Below are positions 20,829 through 32,914 of a stretch of 64,000 bases of DNA, piece by piece; position 1 is the stretch's first letter, and every line of letters begins with the position of its first letter. This DNA is from Macrostomum hystrix. Taxonomy: Eukaryota > Animalia > Platyhelminthes. The notes under the pieces are model-generated. The model had not been told where the DNA came from, did not search any database, and saw only the letters and a list, made by a program, of their open reading frames with translations. A program made the translations under genes and the position numbers. The stretch spans positions 13,392,001-13,456,000 of the forward strand of contig CATNEN010000001.1 in assembly GCA_950097015.1 (NCBI GenBank), given 5' to 3'.

Positions 20829-23788
20829 GTGACAATGTTGATGGGGGTTTCGTGGACACCTCCTTTGTACAGCAAGTCCATGCGCGTGACGCGGATCCTT
20901 ATGTAACTGGCAAAGTAGCGAGAAGAGAAGTTGCTTTCCTGATCGATAGTGGATCTAGGAGGAACTTTCTCGGAGCGTCTACTTGGGCCAAAATTAAATG
21001 TAAAAGGCCGCGTTGTATTATATCCTCTGCGTATCCTGAGCATGTTACCATGTATGATGGGACTACGCTCCCGATTGCTTGTAAAGTTATTTTACCTGTG
21101 GAGTTCGGCGATTTCGTCGCGGACACCGAATTCCTTGTTACATATGCTGATTGCGAAAATTTGTTAGGAGTAGGTTTTCTTAGGGCCAACTGCCAGACGT
21201 TGGACTTCGCTCAAGGAATGTTGAAGTTCAACAACGGCACTTGTGTCTCTGTTCGCTACTCCCCGCGTGAGCTCCAAACCTGTCGAGTGTACACCTCTGA
21301 GAAGTGCACCCTGCCAGCCAGAAGCTCCGCTCTCGTTGCTGTAAAACTTGATGAAGGACATCCGGAGAACCGAGGCACGCCATCAGTTGTCGAGCTCGTC
21401 AAATCTAGGCTGCATCCTGGTTGCAAGGCTCTAGAGGCGGCACCGGCCCTGGTGACAATGCCAGAAGGATGTGGCTTCATCGAAGTTGTCAACACAGCAG
21501 ATAAAGACTTGGTGCTGCCTGTCAACATCCGAATCGGCATCGCAACACCGTTGAAGACATCCGATCTGATGTACTTTTCTGAGACGCCTGAAAGCGAAGT
21601 GCGACATCTACCTGTGAAGCCGGAAACAAATAACAGCAATTGGATGGACGACGTCGAGATCAACACTCAACTGTCCGAGGAACAACATCGACCTGCTCGA
21701 GATCTGCTCCGAGACTGCCAAGCTGCGTTCTCTAAACATCAACTCGACGCAGGACTAACGCATCTGGTGACTCACGAGATCATCCTGAAGGACACCACAC
21801 CAGTTGCGCTCCCGCCGCGAAGGATCCCGCCTCATCTCAAGGACAAACTCGACGCACTGCTCGACGAGATGTTGGCCAAACACATCATCCGGCCGACGTA
21901 CTCATCGTACAACTCGCCGATGCCCATCGTCCCGAAGAAGGACGGCAACATCCGACTGGTGCACGACTTCCGAGCTCTCAATGACCGGTGCGTGTACCAC
22001 CCGTACCCTTACTTACTTTGTAGGGGGGCCTGGGGCACCTGACGCACAGACACAGGAACGGCATGCCCCCAGGCCGGCGAACTAGGCGAAAGCCGCCCAT
22101 CGCGCCGCCTCCCCTGAGCAGGCACCTCACACACACACAACAGCAAGCCAAGCGGGGAAGGGGGCGGCAGCCGGAGTGCCTCTCACCCCAGGCCCGCACA
22201 CGCACAGAGCAGACCAAACCGGGGCGGAAGGCTGATAGAAATCAGTCCTCAGGGGGGGCCGGGTGGCGAGTGTACACTTTATCCAATCGCGCTGACGGAA
22301 ATCCAGATGAGCACGCGGCGGTGTACACCCGCCCCCCAGCCACCCCGCAAGGTCTAACGCCCCAGCGCCAACGCACATAACTCATACAACGCAGAACAGG
22401 CACACAGAAAGGTAGGAGCGAAGCTATTTTTCAAGCTTTGATTGCACGAAATATGGTGCACCTCCGCCGGTCGCTACTGTCCAAACCCCCCGAACAAGTA
22501 CCGAAATTAATCGTGACTTGAAGGGTGAATCGAACTAGCGTCCTTTGGAGTGCGAGGCAGCGACGTTAGCCGCTGACCCCACTCGCCCCATCACCCGTAC
22601 CCACTACCGCACATCCAGGAGACGTTCGCCAAGCTTCGTGGCGCACAGTGGTATTCCAGCCTCGACCTCGCTCAAGGATTCTGGCAGATTCCACTGCGCC
22701 AGAGCGACCAACACCTCACAGCGTTCTCTGTCATCGATCGCGGTCAATTTTGTTTTAACGTCTTGCCTATGGGTCTCCATGATAGTCCAGGAAGTTTCCA
22801 ACGATGCATCAACCAGCTCTTGGACGGACTGACGCCTCAGATTGCACTAGGCTACATGGATGACATCGTAGTGCACTCTGTCACTTTTGAGGACCAGCTG
22901 AAGAACCTGCGAGTTGTGCTCAATCGCATCATTGACGCCAACCTCAAAGTGAAGCCGAAGAAATGTCATTTGTTCCTCAAGGAGCTACGCTACCTAGGAC
23001 ACGTCGTGACTCCCGACGGCCTCAGGACCTGTGAGGACAAGATTGCTGAGATTCGAGACTGGCCGACGCCGCGTTCTGTTACGCAATTGCGGCAGTTTCT
23101 CGGACTGGCAAATTACTATCACAAATTCGTTGACGGCTACGCCGGCATCGCTGCGCCCCTTCATGCCCTAACTAAGAAGGACATAGCAGGATTTCGTCAG
23201 CTATGGACGCCGGAGCATCAACGTGCTTTCGATAATTTGAAACTGAAGCTAAGCTCAACTGAAGTTCTTGCTCTACCTGAATTCACTAGTAACCCTGCAG
23301 TGAAGTTTGTCCTGGATTGTGACGCCTCCGACGTGCGTATCGGGGCTTGCTTAGGACAGCTGCAGTCCGACGGAGTCGAACGTCCTATTGCATTCTTCAG
23401 CCGAAAACTTCGTGAACAGGAGAAACGCTACACCGTCACGAAGAAGGAGCTACTTGCAATTGTTGACGCTATGCGACACTTCCATCATTATCTAATTGGA
23501 AAGAAATTTGAAGTTCGATCCGACCATAAGGCCCTACTCTGGCTGCTCAAGCAGACGCAGTCCACAGGCATTCTGGGCCGCTGGATTGAAAGACTCAGCG
23601 AGTTCCAATTTCAGATCTCTCACCGCAAAGGTTTGGACCATTGCAACGCCGACGCCCTGTCTCGACGCCCGGACACCCCGCCAGTCGACTTCGAGTTCGG
23701 ACAGTTGAACGACCATCCAGACCTACTGCAAGGCCCAGCCGCCGACTTGTGTAATCGACGCCTAGGCCACCAACATCAAACAGACTGA
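20678..23788 (+). CDS. pol: G1 pol PR-RT-RNase H (-1 frame via G_GGA_AAC), interrupted by a SINE
   Basis: FLIDSGS protease; LDLAQGFWQ, YMDD; LDCDASD, RSDHKAL, NADALSR. The frame is continuous once the 594-bp SINE plus TSD is removed. Confidence 0.9.
22009..22591 (-). mobile_element. tRNA-derived SINE inserted in G1 RT
   Basis: 11-bp TSD CACCCGTACCC (21998-22008 and 22592-22602); minus-strand head with A-box-like TGGGGTCAGCGG and B-box GTTCGATTC; (AAGT)n tail. Confidence 0.85.
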
Positions 23789-26303
23789 AAGGGCCCCAGA
23801 GCCGGAGGCCACCGCAACAGCAGCCCTCCCGCTCAAGGACCTAGCCCGCTACTCCGAGGCATCAACGGACCTGGATGAAGATCCGGAGGCCACCGCATCA
23901 GCAGCCCTCCAGCCCGACATCCACCGCGCCATCCGACGCCTCAACCCAGAGTTGGACGACAACCTGGAGGCCACCGCATCAGCAGCCCTCCCGCGCAGCG
24001 CCCACCTCACTAATGTACGCAAGGCTGACCTGAACACGAACCTGAAGGCCACCGCTCCTGCAGCCCTTCAGCCGACTGCTCAACATGTCAAGCCTATCAG
24101 TCCGATGAAGCACCTGGACGAAGACCCGGAGGCCACCGCTTCAGCAGCCCTCCCGGACCGAAGCCAAACTGCTATGTTCGGACAACAATGTAAGCTCATA
24201 TCTGCCAACCGACCCTTCGCTGAGATGTCATGCCCTTGGTATAGAGGCCAACATCTAGCGACAGCTGCATGGTCGCCGCTCGATCCCCGGAGCCGACAGA
24301 CAGCTGCTACCGGCCTGGTCAGCAAGTCTACTCCCCCCACTAAGACGCTGCCCATCGCCAAAAAACCGTGTACTACGTCCTTGAATTGGCCGACGACTAC
24401 GATTACTCAAGCGAGTGGAGACCCACCGAGGTGCTTTGCAGCTGGTCATCAAGAGTCGCCTTGGCGTTGCAGTAAAGGCGTGTGCACTGCCCCATCTGCG
24501 GATTTTATTAATTTGAGAGCAACTTCAAGAACTTCATCGCCTGTTCGACGTTCGTATGCTGAAGCCTGCAGCCAAGGTTCCTTTGAGCAACTGGACGCTG
24601 TCAATCAGTCATCGCCGCCGACTGTGCAGTTAACTGTTGAGACTACGACAGGTGTGGACAACATGGAGTCCCAGCCTTGCCGTGTCGTTTTGACCGATTT
24701 TCTAAAACCACCGGTGACCCGTGAGCGACTCATCGCAGCCCAGCGGGCCGATCCGGCCATTAATTTTGTGCTCAACCTTGTCGAGAACAAAGCCCCGAAG
24801 CCGAAGTTCGACGACCGGTTGCGTCTGACTCGAGATCAACGAAACCTACTTGGCTACTACGAGAGTCTCCGTGGAGAAGACAGCCTACTGGTGATCAACC
24901 CGGATAACGACCGACAGTCATCAAGGATCGTCCTGCCCGAAGCTCTCGACATTCAGGTGCTCCAGGAGCTCCACAGTTCGCCACTGTGTGGACACCTTGG
25001 ACAGACGAAGACAATAGCGCGACTGCGTGAACGGTTCTGGCGGCCAGGCCTGACTCGAGCCACCGAGACCTTCATCAGCAAGTGTCGCACCTGTTTGGAG
25101 AGTAAGTCACGAAGAAAGGAACGAGTACCGGTCCAAAGCTTCCCAGTCTGTGAAGTCTTCGGACGAATCCATTGTGATGTAGTCGGCCCGATCGCTCAGC
25201 CAAGCAAAGGCGGTCACCGCTACATCCTGACGCTCTGTGACGCTACTTCCAAGTATCCATTCGCCTTTCCAATGAGAAACCAGAAAGCCAAAACAGTAAT
25301 AAAACTACTACAAGAGCGCCTCATCGCTGAGTACGGAGATCCCTGTTGGATCCACACGGACCAAGGGACCAACTTTACCGGATCCGCCTTCAAGAAGTTC
25401 TGCGACTTGTACGGAATCCGGCACACTACCACCACGCCGTACAACCCAGCTTCCAATGGACAAGTCGAGAACCTCAACAAACAGCTGAAGAGTGTGCTGA
25501 CTTGCCTCCTAGAGCGAGACCACCGCGACTGGGACACCTTTCTCCCAGCCTGTCTGATGGCGCTGCGTTCTGCTGTGCATCCGGTGACGGGCTATACGCC
25601 GCACTTCTTAGTATACGGCCGAGAGTTCCGTCTACCGATTGACAACAGTCTGAAGAAGCTGCCAGAGTACGCCAACCGGCCTGAGTATGTGAAAGACTTC
25701 CAACATCGACTCGACGAAGCGACCGAGCTAGCCAAGGACCGACTGGCCCTGCATCAGCAGCTACGAGACGAGCACTACTCAAGCCTACCAGCAGCGAAGA
25801 CGCTCAAGCCTGGCGATCTAGTTTTCATCAACAATCCGACGCTACAACCTGACGAGGCGGCTAAATTTCACCGGCCTCGGAAAGCCTTGTACGAAGTTGT
25901 TGAGCAAAAGGGTGAGGTAGTTTACAAGATCAAACGTAAATTACCCAACCCCCGAGCCCGACGCAATGAGCAGGTTGTTCATAGACGAAACCTGCTGTTG
26001 GTCCCAAGCGCCGACTACGCTCTCTCAGATCCGGAACTCGACGCTAGACCGCGACAACGACGCCGAGGCTCAGTAGACGGCCCAGGACCCGCGACCCTGC
26101 CGACTGTCTGTGAAGGCCCGGATGACTCCGACGACGAGGAAGAAGAGCGACCCCTCCGGCGGTGGTACTTCCATCCAACCAACCATCGACTGTGGAGATC
26201 CCGCCTGGAGAAGGTCCCACGACAGCACCAACCAATCAGGCGAGTAACTCTAGGCAAGAACCACTGCCGTATGGTAACTGCCAGGTTTCTCTGTCTGAAG
26301 TGA
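23766..26303 (+). CDS. G1 repeat-rich linker plus integrase (+1 frame relative to RT-RH)
   Basis: EATASAALP repeats, then HHCC (HSSPLCGH...CRTC) and DDE (CDVV, TDQG, VEN). Confidence 0.88.
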   Translation, partial: ATNIKQTERAPEPEATATAALPLKDLARYSEASTDLDEDPEATASAALQPDIHRAIRRLNPELDDNLEATASAALPRSAHLTNVRKADLNTNLKATAPAALQPTAQHVKPISPMKHLDEDPEATASAALPDRSQTAMFGQQCKLISANRPFAEMSCPWYRGQHLATAAWSPLDPRSRQTAATGLVSKSTPPTKTLPIAKKPCTTSLNWPTTTITQASGDPPRCFAAGHQESPWRCSKGVCTAPSADFINLRATSRTSSPVRRSYAEACSQGSFEQLDAVNQSSPPTVQLTVETTTGVDNMESQPCRVVLTDFLKPPVTRERLIAAQRADPAINFVLNLVENKAPKPKFDDRLRLTRDQRNLLGYYESLRGEDSLLVINPDNDRQSSRIVLPEALDIQVLQELHSSPLCGHLGQTKTIARLRERFWRPGLTRATETFISKCRTCLESKSRRKERVPVQSFPVCEVFGRIHCDVVGPIAQPSKGGHRYILTLCDATSKYPFAFPMRNQKAKTVIKLLQERLIAEYGDPCWIHTDQGTNFTGSAFKKFCDLYGIRHTTTTPYNPASNGQVENLNKQLKSVLTCLLERDHRDWDTFLPACLMALRSAVHPVTGYTPHFLVYGREFRLPIDNSLKKLPEYANRPEYVKDFQHRLDEATELAKDRLALHQQLRDEHYSSLPAAKTLKPGDLVFINNPTLQPDEAAKFHRPRKALYEVVEQKGEVVYKIKRKLPNPRARRNEQVVHRRNLLLVPSADYALSDPELDARPRQRRRGSVDGPGPATLPTVCEGPDDSDDEEEERPLRRWYFHPTNHRLWRSRLEKVPRQHQPIRRVTLGKNHCRMVTARFLCLK

Positions 26304-26548
26304 GTGTGTCTGTTCCTGCTCTTTCTCCCTCTGTTTCTCTTCCACCTCCTGAGCCTCCCTCTCTTGGTGCTCAGAAAGGGGATGTTTCTTTGCCAATTGC
26401 TCCCGACGAACTTGAACCTCTGGGTTTTCATAGGCCCATTAGGGATCGTAGGCAGCCTGATCGGCTAGTTATAGATCCGAGGGCGAAAACCTATGTTCGC
26501 GGCGTAGCCCGCAGAGTTTGTCATCTTTTATCCCGTTGCAGCACAGCC

Positions 26549-27461
26549 ATGTACTCCGCCAAGCGACACCATGCGCAGCACAATGATTCCTCGGATGAGG
26601 ACCGGCCCACGCGGAGGCCCCGGCCGACTCGCCCGGAGGCACCACCAGTCAGGGTGCGTGCTATCGGCGCGGCCGCAGGGCAATTCGAGCCCTTCGGTGG
26701 CCCGCGGGACGCGCCAAGCATTCCGGTACATCTCCGCATCGGCCACCCGGCGGCTAGTCGCGCTGCACGTTAAAATGCTCTGGATTCAGGCCAGCGCCCT
26801 CAGGTCCGTCTGCCCAACCGACGACTCACTAGTGCCACTACCCGGTCTACGGAGGAGAGGGCTGACCCTGTTCTGCAGGGGATCCGTAAAATCCGGCGAG
26901 CCCAGGAAGCTATGGGCCAGGCCCCTTCAACAGCTCGCCTGCCCTTCGCGCCCCTCTCACTAAAACCCCCGGGCCACGACCCCGGAAATTGCGGTTCTCG
27001 CCGGCTTCGAACTATTGCAGGTTAAGGCCGAGGCTGTGACGCCGCCCAGGACTCCGCCCCGGACGTCACCTCAGACTACGCCAGGGATGCCGCTACCCAT
27101 CTCGGTGCCCACCTTTAAGGACATTGGCATCATGACGGAGCGGAGCCCGGCAACAACTGAGCTCTGCGAGGTGGCGGCGCAAGATCTGTCCGCCCTGATC
27201 TCGGATGCCGCCAGATTAAAATTGGATATTGATTACCACAGCTGGCCCCGGATCAAAGACATCCAGGCGTTGCACCTAGCTGACCACCAGGCTATACTGG
27301 ACGCCGCACTCATTCTGGCGCGCCCCCAGTTGCGGCCTGCTCGCTACCCGGTCGCCGCATGGGCAGCCGCTGAGGCGTACGCCAAAGCGGTGCTATCGCG
27401 CCCCAAGGTCCCGGACGCCCACTATTTCTTAAACGGCGTTGAGTCAGCACATTGGCATTAA
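26549..27461 (+). pseudogene. G1 extra ORF3 of unknown function
   Basis: ATG at 26549; premature TAA at 26771 (GAG in the related copy); frameshift near 27000. The C-terminal domain resembles 48484-48777. Confidence 0.55.
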
Positions 27462-27823
27462 GCCACCGGTAAGCATCCCTCTGACCATCTCGAGGGCTCT
27501 GCCACATTGCGCGGTGACGCTTATAATTTCAATTTCTCTTTTTCACCATGACTCATGCCTCTGACAATTTGCGATTGTAACCGCCTATCTTAGTTAAGTG
27601 CTTCCCCTTTTTGTTTGAGTGCTCATTTTAGTACTGACTGCCCCATTCCCTTTGAGTGTGCATCTTATTATTTGTGTAAGTGCCCTCTGCCCATGCCATC
27701 TGTCCCTTTTTGTCTATTGTCTGTTTGCTCCATCGTTTTGTAGTTTGTTGCTGCCAGATTATGGCCCTTTTTTCTGTTTGTTTGCTTGTTCAATACATTT
27801 TCCCATTTTGTTCAAAATGGGCC

Positions 27824-28669
27824 GTGAGCCGTAGCTTAGGTGGCTCCCTTTTCCCGGCACTGAGTGGCTGTCCGGCCCGCCCTCTCTGGCGTTGTCTGGT
27901 CTGCTCTCTTTGTTCCCCCTTTCCCACGGCAGCGCTTGCACTTAGAGTGTGTTGTCTCTCCCCCAGGGATGAGTCATCACCTCTTTGTCCCGCACTGGCC
28001 AGTCCCTTTCTTTGTGTGCGCGTTTGTCTGCACTCAGTCAGCGCATGATTCTTCTCATGTGACTGGCCTCTCTCTTTGTCTCCTAAAGTGCACGTAAACA
28101 TGTTTACTGCACTTGGGGCTTTGATTATGGGACAGGAGCCTACGTAGGAGTGACGTTTCTGGCGCCACTGACGTCAGTTGCTATTTTTAGAAACCACGTG
28201 ATTTCATCACGTGTTTTCTAACTATGCACTGACCCTATGGGAGGCCCCTGCCTATAAAAGAAAGGCCCCGCTCCTCTGGTTCTCTATCCCTTGTTTAAAC
28301 CTTCTCTTGATAACCGTCGTTCTTAACTTGTTCTCTGTGCCATCTGTGTCTAAGTTTCCTACTTCAGTCTCTGCATGTGACTGCTCGTAAGCTCAGTTCT
28401 GGCTAAGTCCCGAAACTAACTTAGCCTTCCACCCCACCATCCGAGCTACGCAGGACACTGACAGCCTGTAACTGCAACTGAAACTCTGCACTGTGTGCTT
28501 CTCGAGACTTCGTGACTTCTTCTTTTTCGGGCCAAGGATCCTTCACCTCACCGAAGGCAGAAGTCCTGACGCCCTGGTGGCAGCGCTACTACTACACTAC
28601 CTAGAAATCTTGGACTTCATATTGGAGTTCGCCGGATCCCGCATTGTTAGCAGGACGACCGGTACAACA
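27824..28669 (+). repeat. G1 3' LTR (lacks the first 4 bp and has no PPT)
   Basis: Identity to the 5' LTR begins at its 5th base. Confidence 0.95.
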
Positions 28670-28801
28670 CTCTGTTCTCTCTCACTCTGGTCTCTCTGAC
28701 TCTGTTCACTATGTTCTAGCTGTTCTCTCTCACTCTGTTCTCTCTCACTCTGTTCTCTCTCACTCTGGTCTCTCTCACTCTGTTCTGTTTTCGAAGCCGA
28801 C

Positions 28802-31118
28802 ATGCAGGTTATTGAAGTGACAGAAGCAGAGGTACAGCTACTTCCTTGTGTATAAAAAATCCATCGGTAGCCGAATTGCTACTCTTGAAGGACAGTGAAG
28901 AGAGGTGGCACTGCGAAGCGAAGTACGAGGGAAAGTTCTTCCCAGCTGAAGTCCTTCAGGTCAGTTGCTTTTTTACTTTCAATTTCATCTCCTCATCACA
29001 GTTTGTCGATATCTGTCTCATATCATCTCCGTCTTATCAGACAGCAGTCAGTCAGAAAAAAGTAACAATTATTTTTTAAAGTGAAAAACTTACAGGTGAT
29101 TCTGCACAACTATCTGGAGCCGCCGAGCCTACTCTTTGCCCGAGACCTCGTGTCTAGAAAGCGGACAATCGCCGAAGTCATCCGCCATATTAGACCAAGA
29201 ATATTCTCGGCTGATGACATGCGACAAGCACGACGTAGCTTTCAATGTGCAGTGAGTTAATACATTTTTCTTAATTTGTAAACCTCCCTCACTCTGACCC
29301 TCTTCAGCTCTCCCTCTCAGAGACAAGAAGTTAAAGATATTGCAGTGCTGTATCGCAGTCTGCGGACTGAAAAGCTAGTGTACTTTATTCTCTAATTTTA
29401 TCTAAATTAACAGGACATGTCCTTCGGTTCCGCTTCCGACACGGATCACTTCTTAAATGGTCGGAAAGAAGCAGCCGTACAGTTGCTTCCGTTGCAGCTA
29501 CCCGACCAAGCTATGCCTGAGACGGTGGCAAAACTTTGTCCACTGCCAGCTGCTGCAACATCACCAGCTGCATCCACCATCCCGAAACCTGCTAACAATG
29601 CATCAGTAGCAGGTGCAGCGCTCGCAAAATTGGCGGCAGCTAAGGCGGCAGCCGCTGCAGCGGCTGCAGCAGCAGCAGTAGCGAAAGCAGCAGCAGAAGC
29701 GGAATCAACAGCGGAAACGGAAGCAGCAGCGGAAGCGGAAGCAACAGCGGAAGCTGAAGCAGCAGCGGACGCAACAGCGGAAGCGGAAGCGGAAATGGCA
29801 GCGGAAGCGGAAGCAGCAGCGGCAGCTCAAGATGGCACGGCTGCGGCGGCGCCAGTGAACTTTGGGCGCTTCTCTGGTAAGGCCGTCAAAGGCCTTGAAC
29901 AGCAAATCCAGTCCCTACTAGATTTTCCACTGGAAAGCAATCGCGGCATCTTGTTTGTTGCTCTGTCGGTCCTTCGCGAGACTGCCCTGAAGTTCCAACA
30001 GATGGAAGCCCGGCAGAACCGATGTTTAGCCGAGCTGTCCACTGTCAAAGAAGAGCTACAGCTGCTGCGGCTGACTGTAACCCGGGGTCAGCAGCCAACA
30101 GAAGAGGAAATAAAGTTCTGGCCCATCGCTTCATGGGAAGCATATGTTCAGTACGCTCAGAATGCGCCTGCAGAGTGGACGTTAGAGTTGGTGAGTACAT
30201 TACTTATATAGTAATACATTTTAATTCCGTTTCTTACTTCATCAGAAATCAACCACTCAAAACCAACAGAAAAAAGTGCTGCCCAGCCGAAAAATGAGGA
30301 CTGCCGCAGACACGATGCGATCTATGATCGACACCTGCTTGACTGCGGAGATGCAGGCCGCAGTCAATTTCAGCGGACAAGGCCTGCGGGCTAAGTGCAG
30401 GGAGGCTGGCGTGCTGACTGAGCTGTCCGACTCAGCCCTTGGGTTCAAGTTCGTTCTGCTGCAACATGTTCAAGGTAAGAAGCGGCCCGAATTCTGTTAC
30501 TTTTGTTATTGAATTTCTTCGAAATATTTTTATTTAGTGTAATTAAATCAGGTACTCAGCTAGGATTTATTGAATGAACAATATTAAAAAATACTGAATT
30601 TCGCCAAAGTTTGAGGTGTAGGAAATCCTAACCGAAATCGTCTATTATTAGCAGTAGCAACAACTTGTTCAAGTTATTCTTTCACATAAAAATCACTCAG
30701 ATGTTGCCACGAGCATTTACGGCGTCTCGATGGAGGCTGGCACTTTGACACTGCTCTTTCGTGAGCAATGCCTGCCGCGAGATTCTGCATCGAGGCGTCG
30801 ACCGATTGTCGAAGAGGTCCCATCGACGGCGGTCCGACAATCCAACTGACGGTCCCTCTGCATCTGCGACTGCTTCCAGTTCAAATGGCGGAAGTTCATC
30901 CATCAGCCGCCTGCGTCTGCTAAGCAAGACGAATTCGCCGGCTGCTAATTGCTTGATGGCTGTCGCGGCGTCTGCCTCTCCGACGGCTTCAGTGATGCTA
31001 GCCAACACAAGTTCGCCAGTTGGCTCCGCTTCACACACAGCCGAAGAGACCTGGCTCACAGCTCGCCAGTCGTCCGCCGCAAAAAAGACTTTCTTTGCAC
31101 CGACCTCACCGAAGTGAA
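28802..31118 (+). pseudogene. Spliced gene relic with Ala/Glu-rich region and DUF4806-like C-terminus, probably transposon-associated
   Basis: GT-AG bounded exons at about 28802-28959, 29096-29251, 29414-30190, 30246-30474 and 30701 onward; WPIASWE...CLTAEMQAAVNFSGQG motif; premature stops. Confidence 0.45.
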
Positions 31119-31867
31119 TATGAACTGATGGAGTTGTCGGATGACGAGGCTTCGGACATTATGAACGAATTTAGTGGGTCTTTGAAAGCCAGCATTCTCT
31201 TCCTTTATGTAAATATCTCTATATTTGTTCGACTATTTTTTGCTTATTTTTATTTCCATTGAAATTTTGAAATTTGTACAGCGACTATACTATTTATACT
31301 GTTTATACATTATACTATTTATCAAATTATTTCGGTTGCTATCTTGCATTTGCATTGCAGTGCATACTATGTATGTTATATGATAATGTTTTTTAAGGAT
31401 AATTTACATGAATTCATCAGCAAACTAATTCAGATTTAATTACCAATAAATCTATTGGTAAATGAAGCTAAATTTATATCTACACAGAGATTGGAAGCTA
31501 AGAAATAGTTATATATTTTTGTCTATCTTTGATATGAAATTCATATATTGAAAGGATGGACGCTTAATTTGTACGAGTATATACTAACTCGAAGTGCATG
31601 GGTGGGGAATGGAGCAGGATGGCGAGCTGCTGGTGGGAATTTCTACAGCCTAAAATATTTAAACGCGAATGACGAACGACATACGGCACACCCTACTTAT
31701 AGTAGAGTAAAGGGAATTTATCTTCATTTTTTTTCTAGAAAGCGCCCGGCGCTATCCGGGGCGCCATCGGGGCGGTTGGACACAGAATGCGCCCAGGCGC
31801 AAGGTGCCCGACTGCTGGGCGTAGGATCTGGCGAACATTGGGGCGCACAGAAAATCCCCACTGGGAT

Positions 31868-32914
31868 ATGAGAATTTCGTCTGTGGATCGCTCTAGACTC
31901 GTGCGATGTTTTCAACAGGGACGAGACTGGAGACTTCTCGCAGTTGAACTGGACATCAAGAGGACGACTGCCAATGACATTATCAGAAGATATGTAGATG
32001 AAGATAGGATTGATCTTAACGCGCGTGGAGGTGTGGTGAGACCAAAGTTCACTGAGGAGATGCTCGAGACATTGACGAGGTACGTGGAAGAGAAGCCGAC
32101 TGTAACGCTAAAAGAAATGCAGCAAAAGCTTGTGGCAGACTTTCCTGCTGCTCCTGTCGTGACAACGCAGGCAATTAGTCGTAGGCTTGACGGGACTTTG
32201 TGCATTACATTGAAAGATGTACGGCGGGTTCACGGAGATTGGAATAGTGACGTGACAAAAGAAGCTAGATTTCTACACATGACCTGGATGCTAGAAACTG
32301 GACTGTTTGTAAAGAATTTAATCTACGTAGATGAGTGTGGGTGCAACCTATGGACGGCACTAACTAAGGATGGGCGGATTTTGGCAATCGCGCAGTAATG
32401 ATTGCGAATTTGCAGCGTGGGCAAAATCTGACGGTAGCACTTGCTGTTAGCCCACAGTTGGGCCTGGTCCACCACCGCATCTTTGTTGGTGGCTTTACAG
32501 CAGAGAGGTTTCGTGAGTTTATGATTGAAAGTCGGGACACTTGTTGATGACGAGTTCATGGTACTTGCTGACAACGCCAGGGCACATGGAGTCGTGAATT
32601 TTGGGCGTCCTGACCAAAGGCTTCAGTTTCTTCCACCTTACTCGCCTTTCTTTAACGCCACTGAAATGGCAATTTCTTGCATGAAGGCGGCCCTGAAACG
32701 GCGCATGACCGACCCTGAAGTTGTCTTTGAATTGCATGATCGTCAGGCGGCTGTAGCAGCAGGTGAGACACTTCAGAACCGGCGTCTTCGCATTTTGAGT
32801 CGAGAAGTGGAAGCTGCGATGGTTGCGATCACGGAGGAGAAATGCCGACAATGGCACGAATTCACAATTCGGTACGGACCGCGGTGTCTGGCACACGGAG
32901 ACATTTTGGACTGA
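31868..32914 (+). pseudogene. IS630/Tc1-like transposase with two frameshifts
   Basis: HTH region; YVDECG, LADNARAH, LPPYSPFFNATE; subterminal TGACGAAT repeats at 33030-33170. Confidence 0.85.

Larger units (their letters stand above)
18722..28669 (+). mobile_element. Gypsy/Ty3 LTR retrotransposon (element G1)
   Basis: TGTA...AACA termini; 4-bp TSD CTCT (18718-18721 and 28670-28673); near-identical LTRs; PBS; gag, PR-RT-RH-INT order; extra ORF3. Confidence 0.96.

Noticed and set aside
26549-27461. env gene in G1
   Set aside because: No signal peptide, TM segment or fusion-protein motif.
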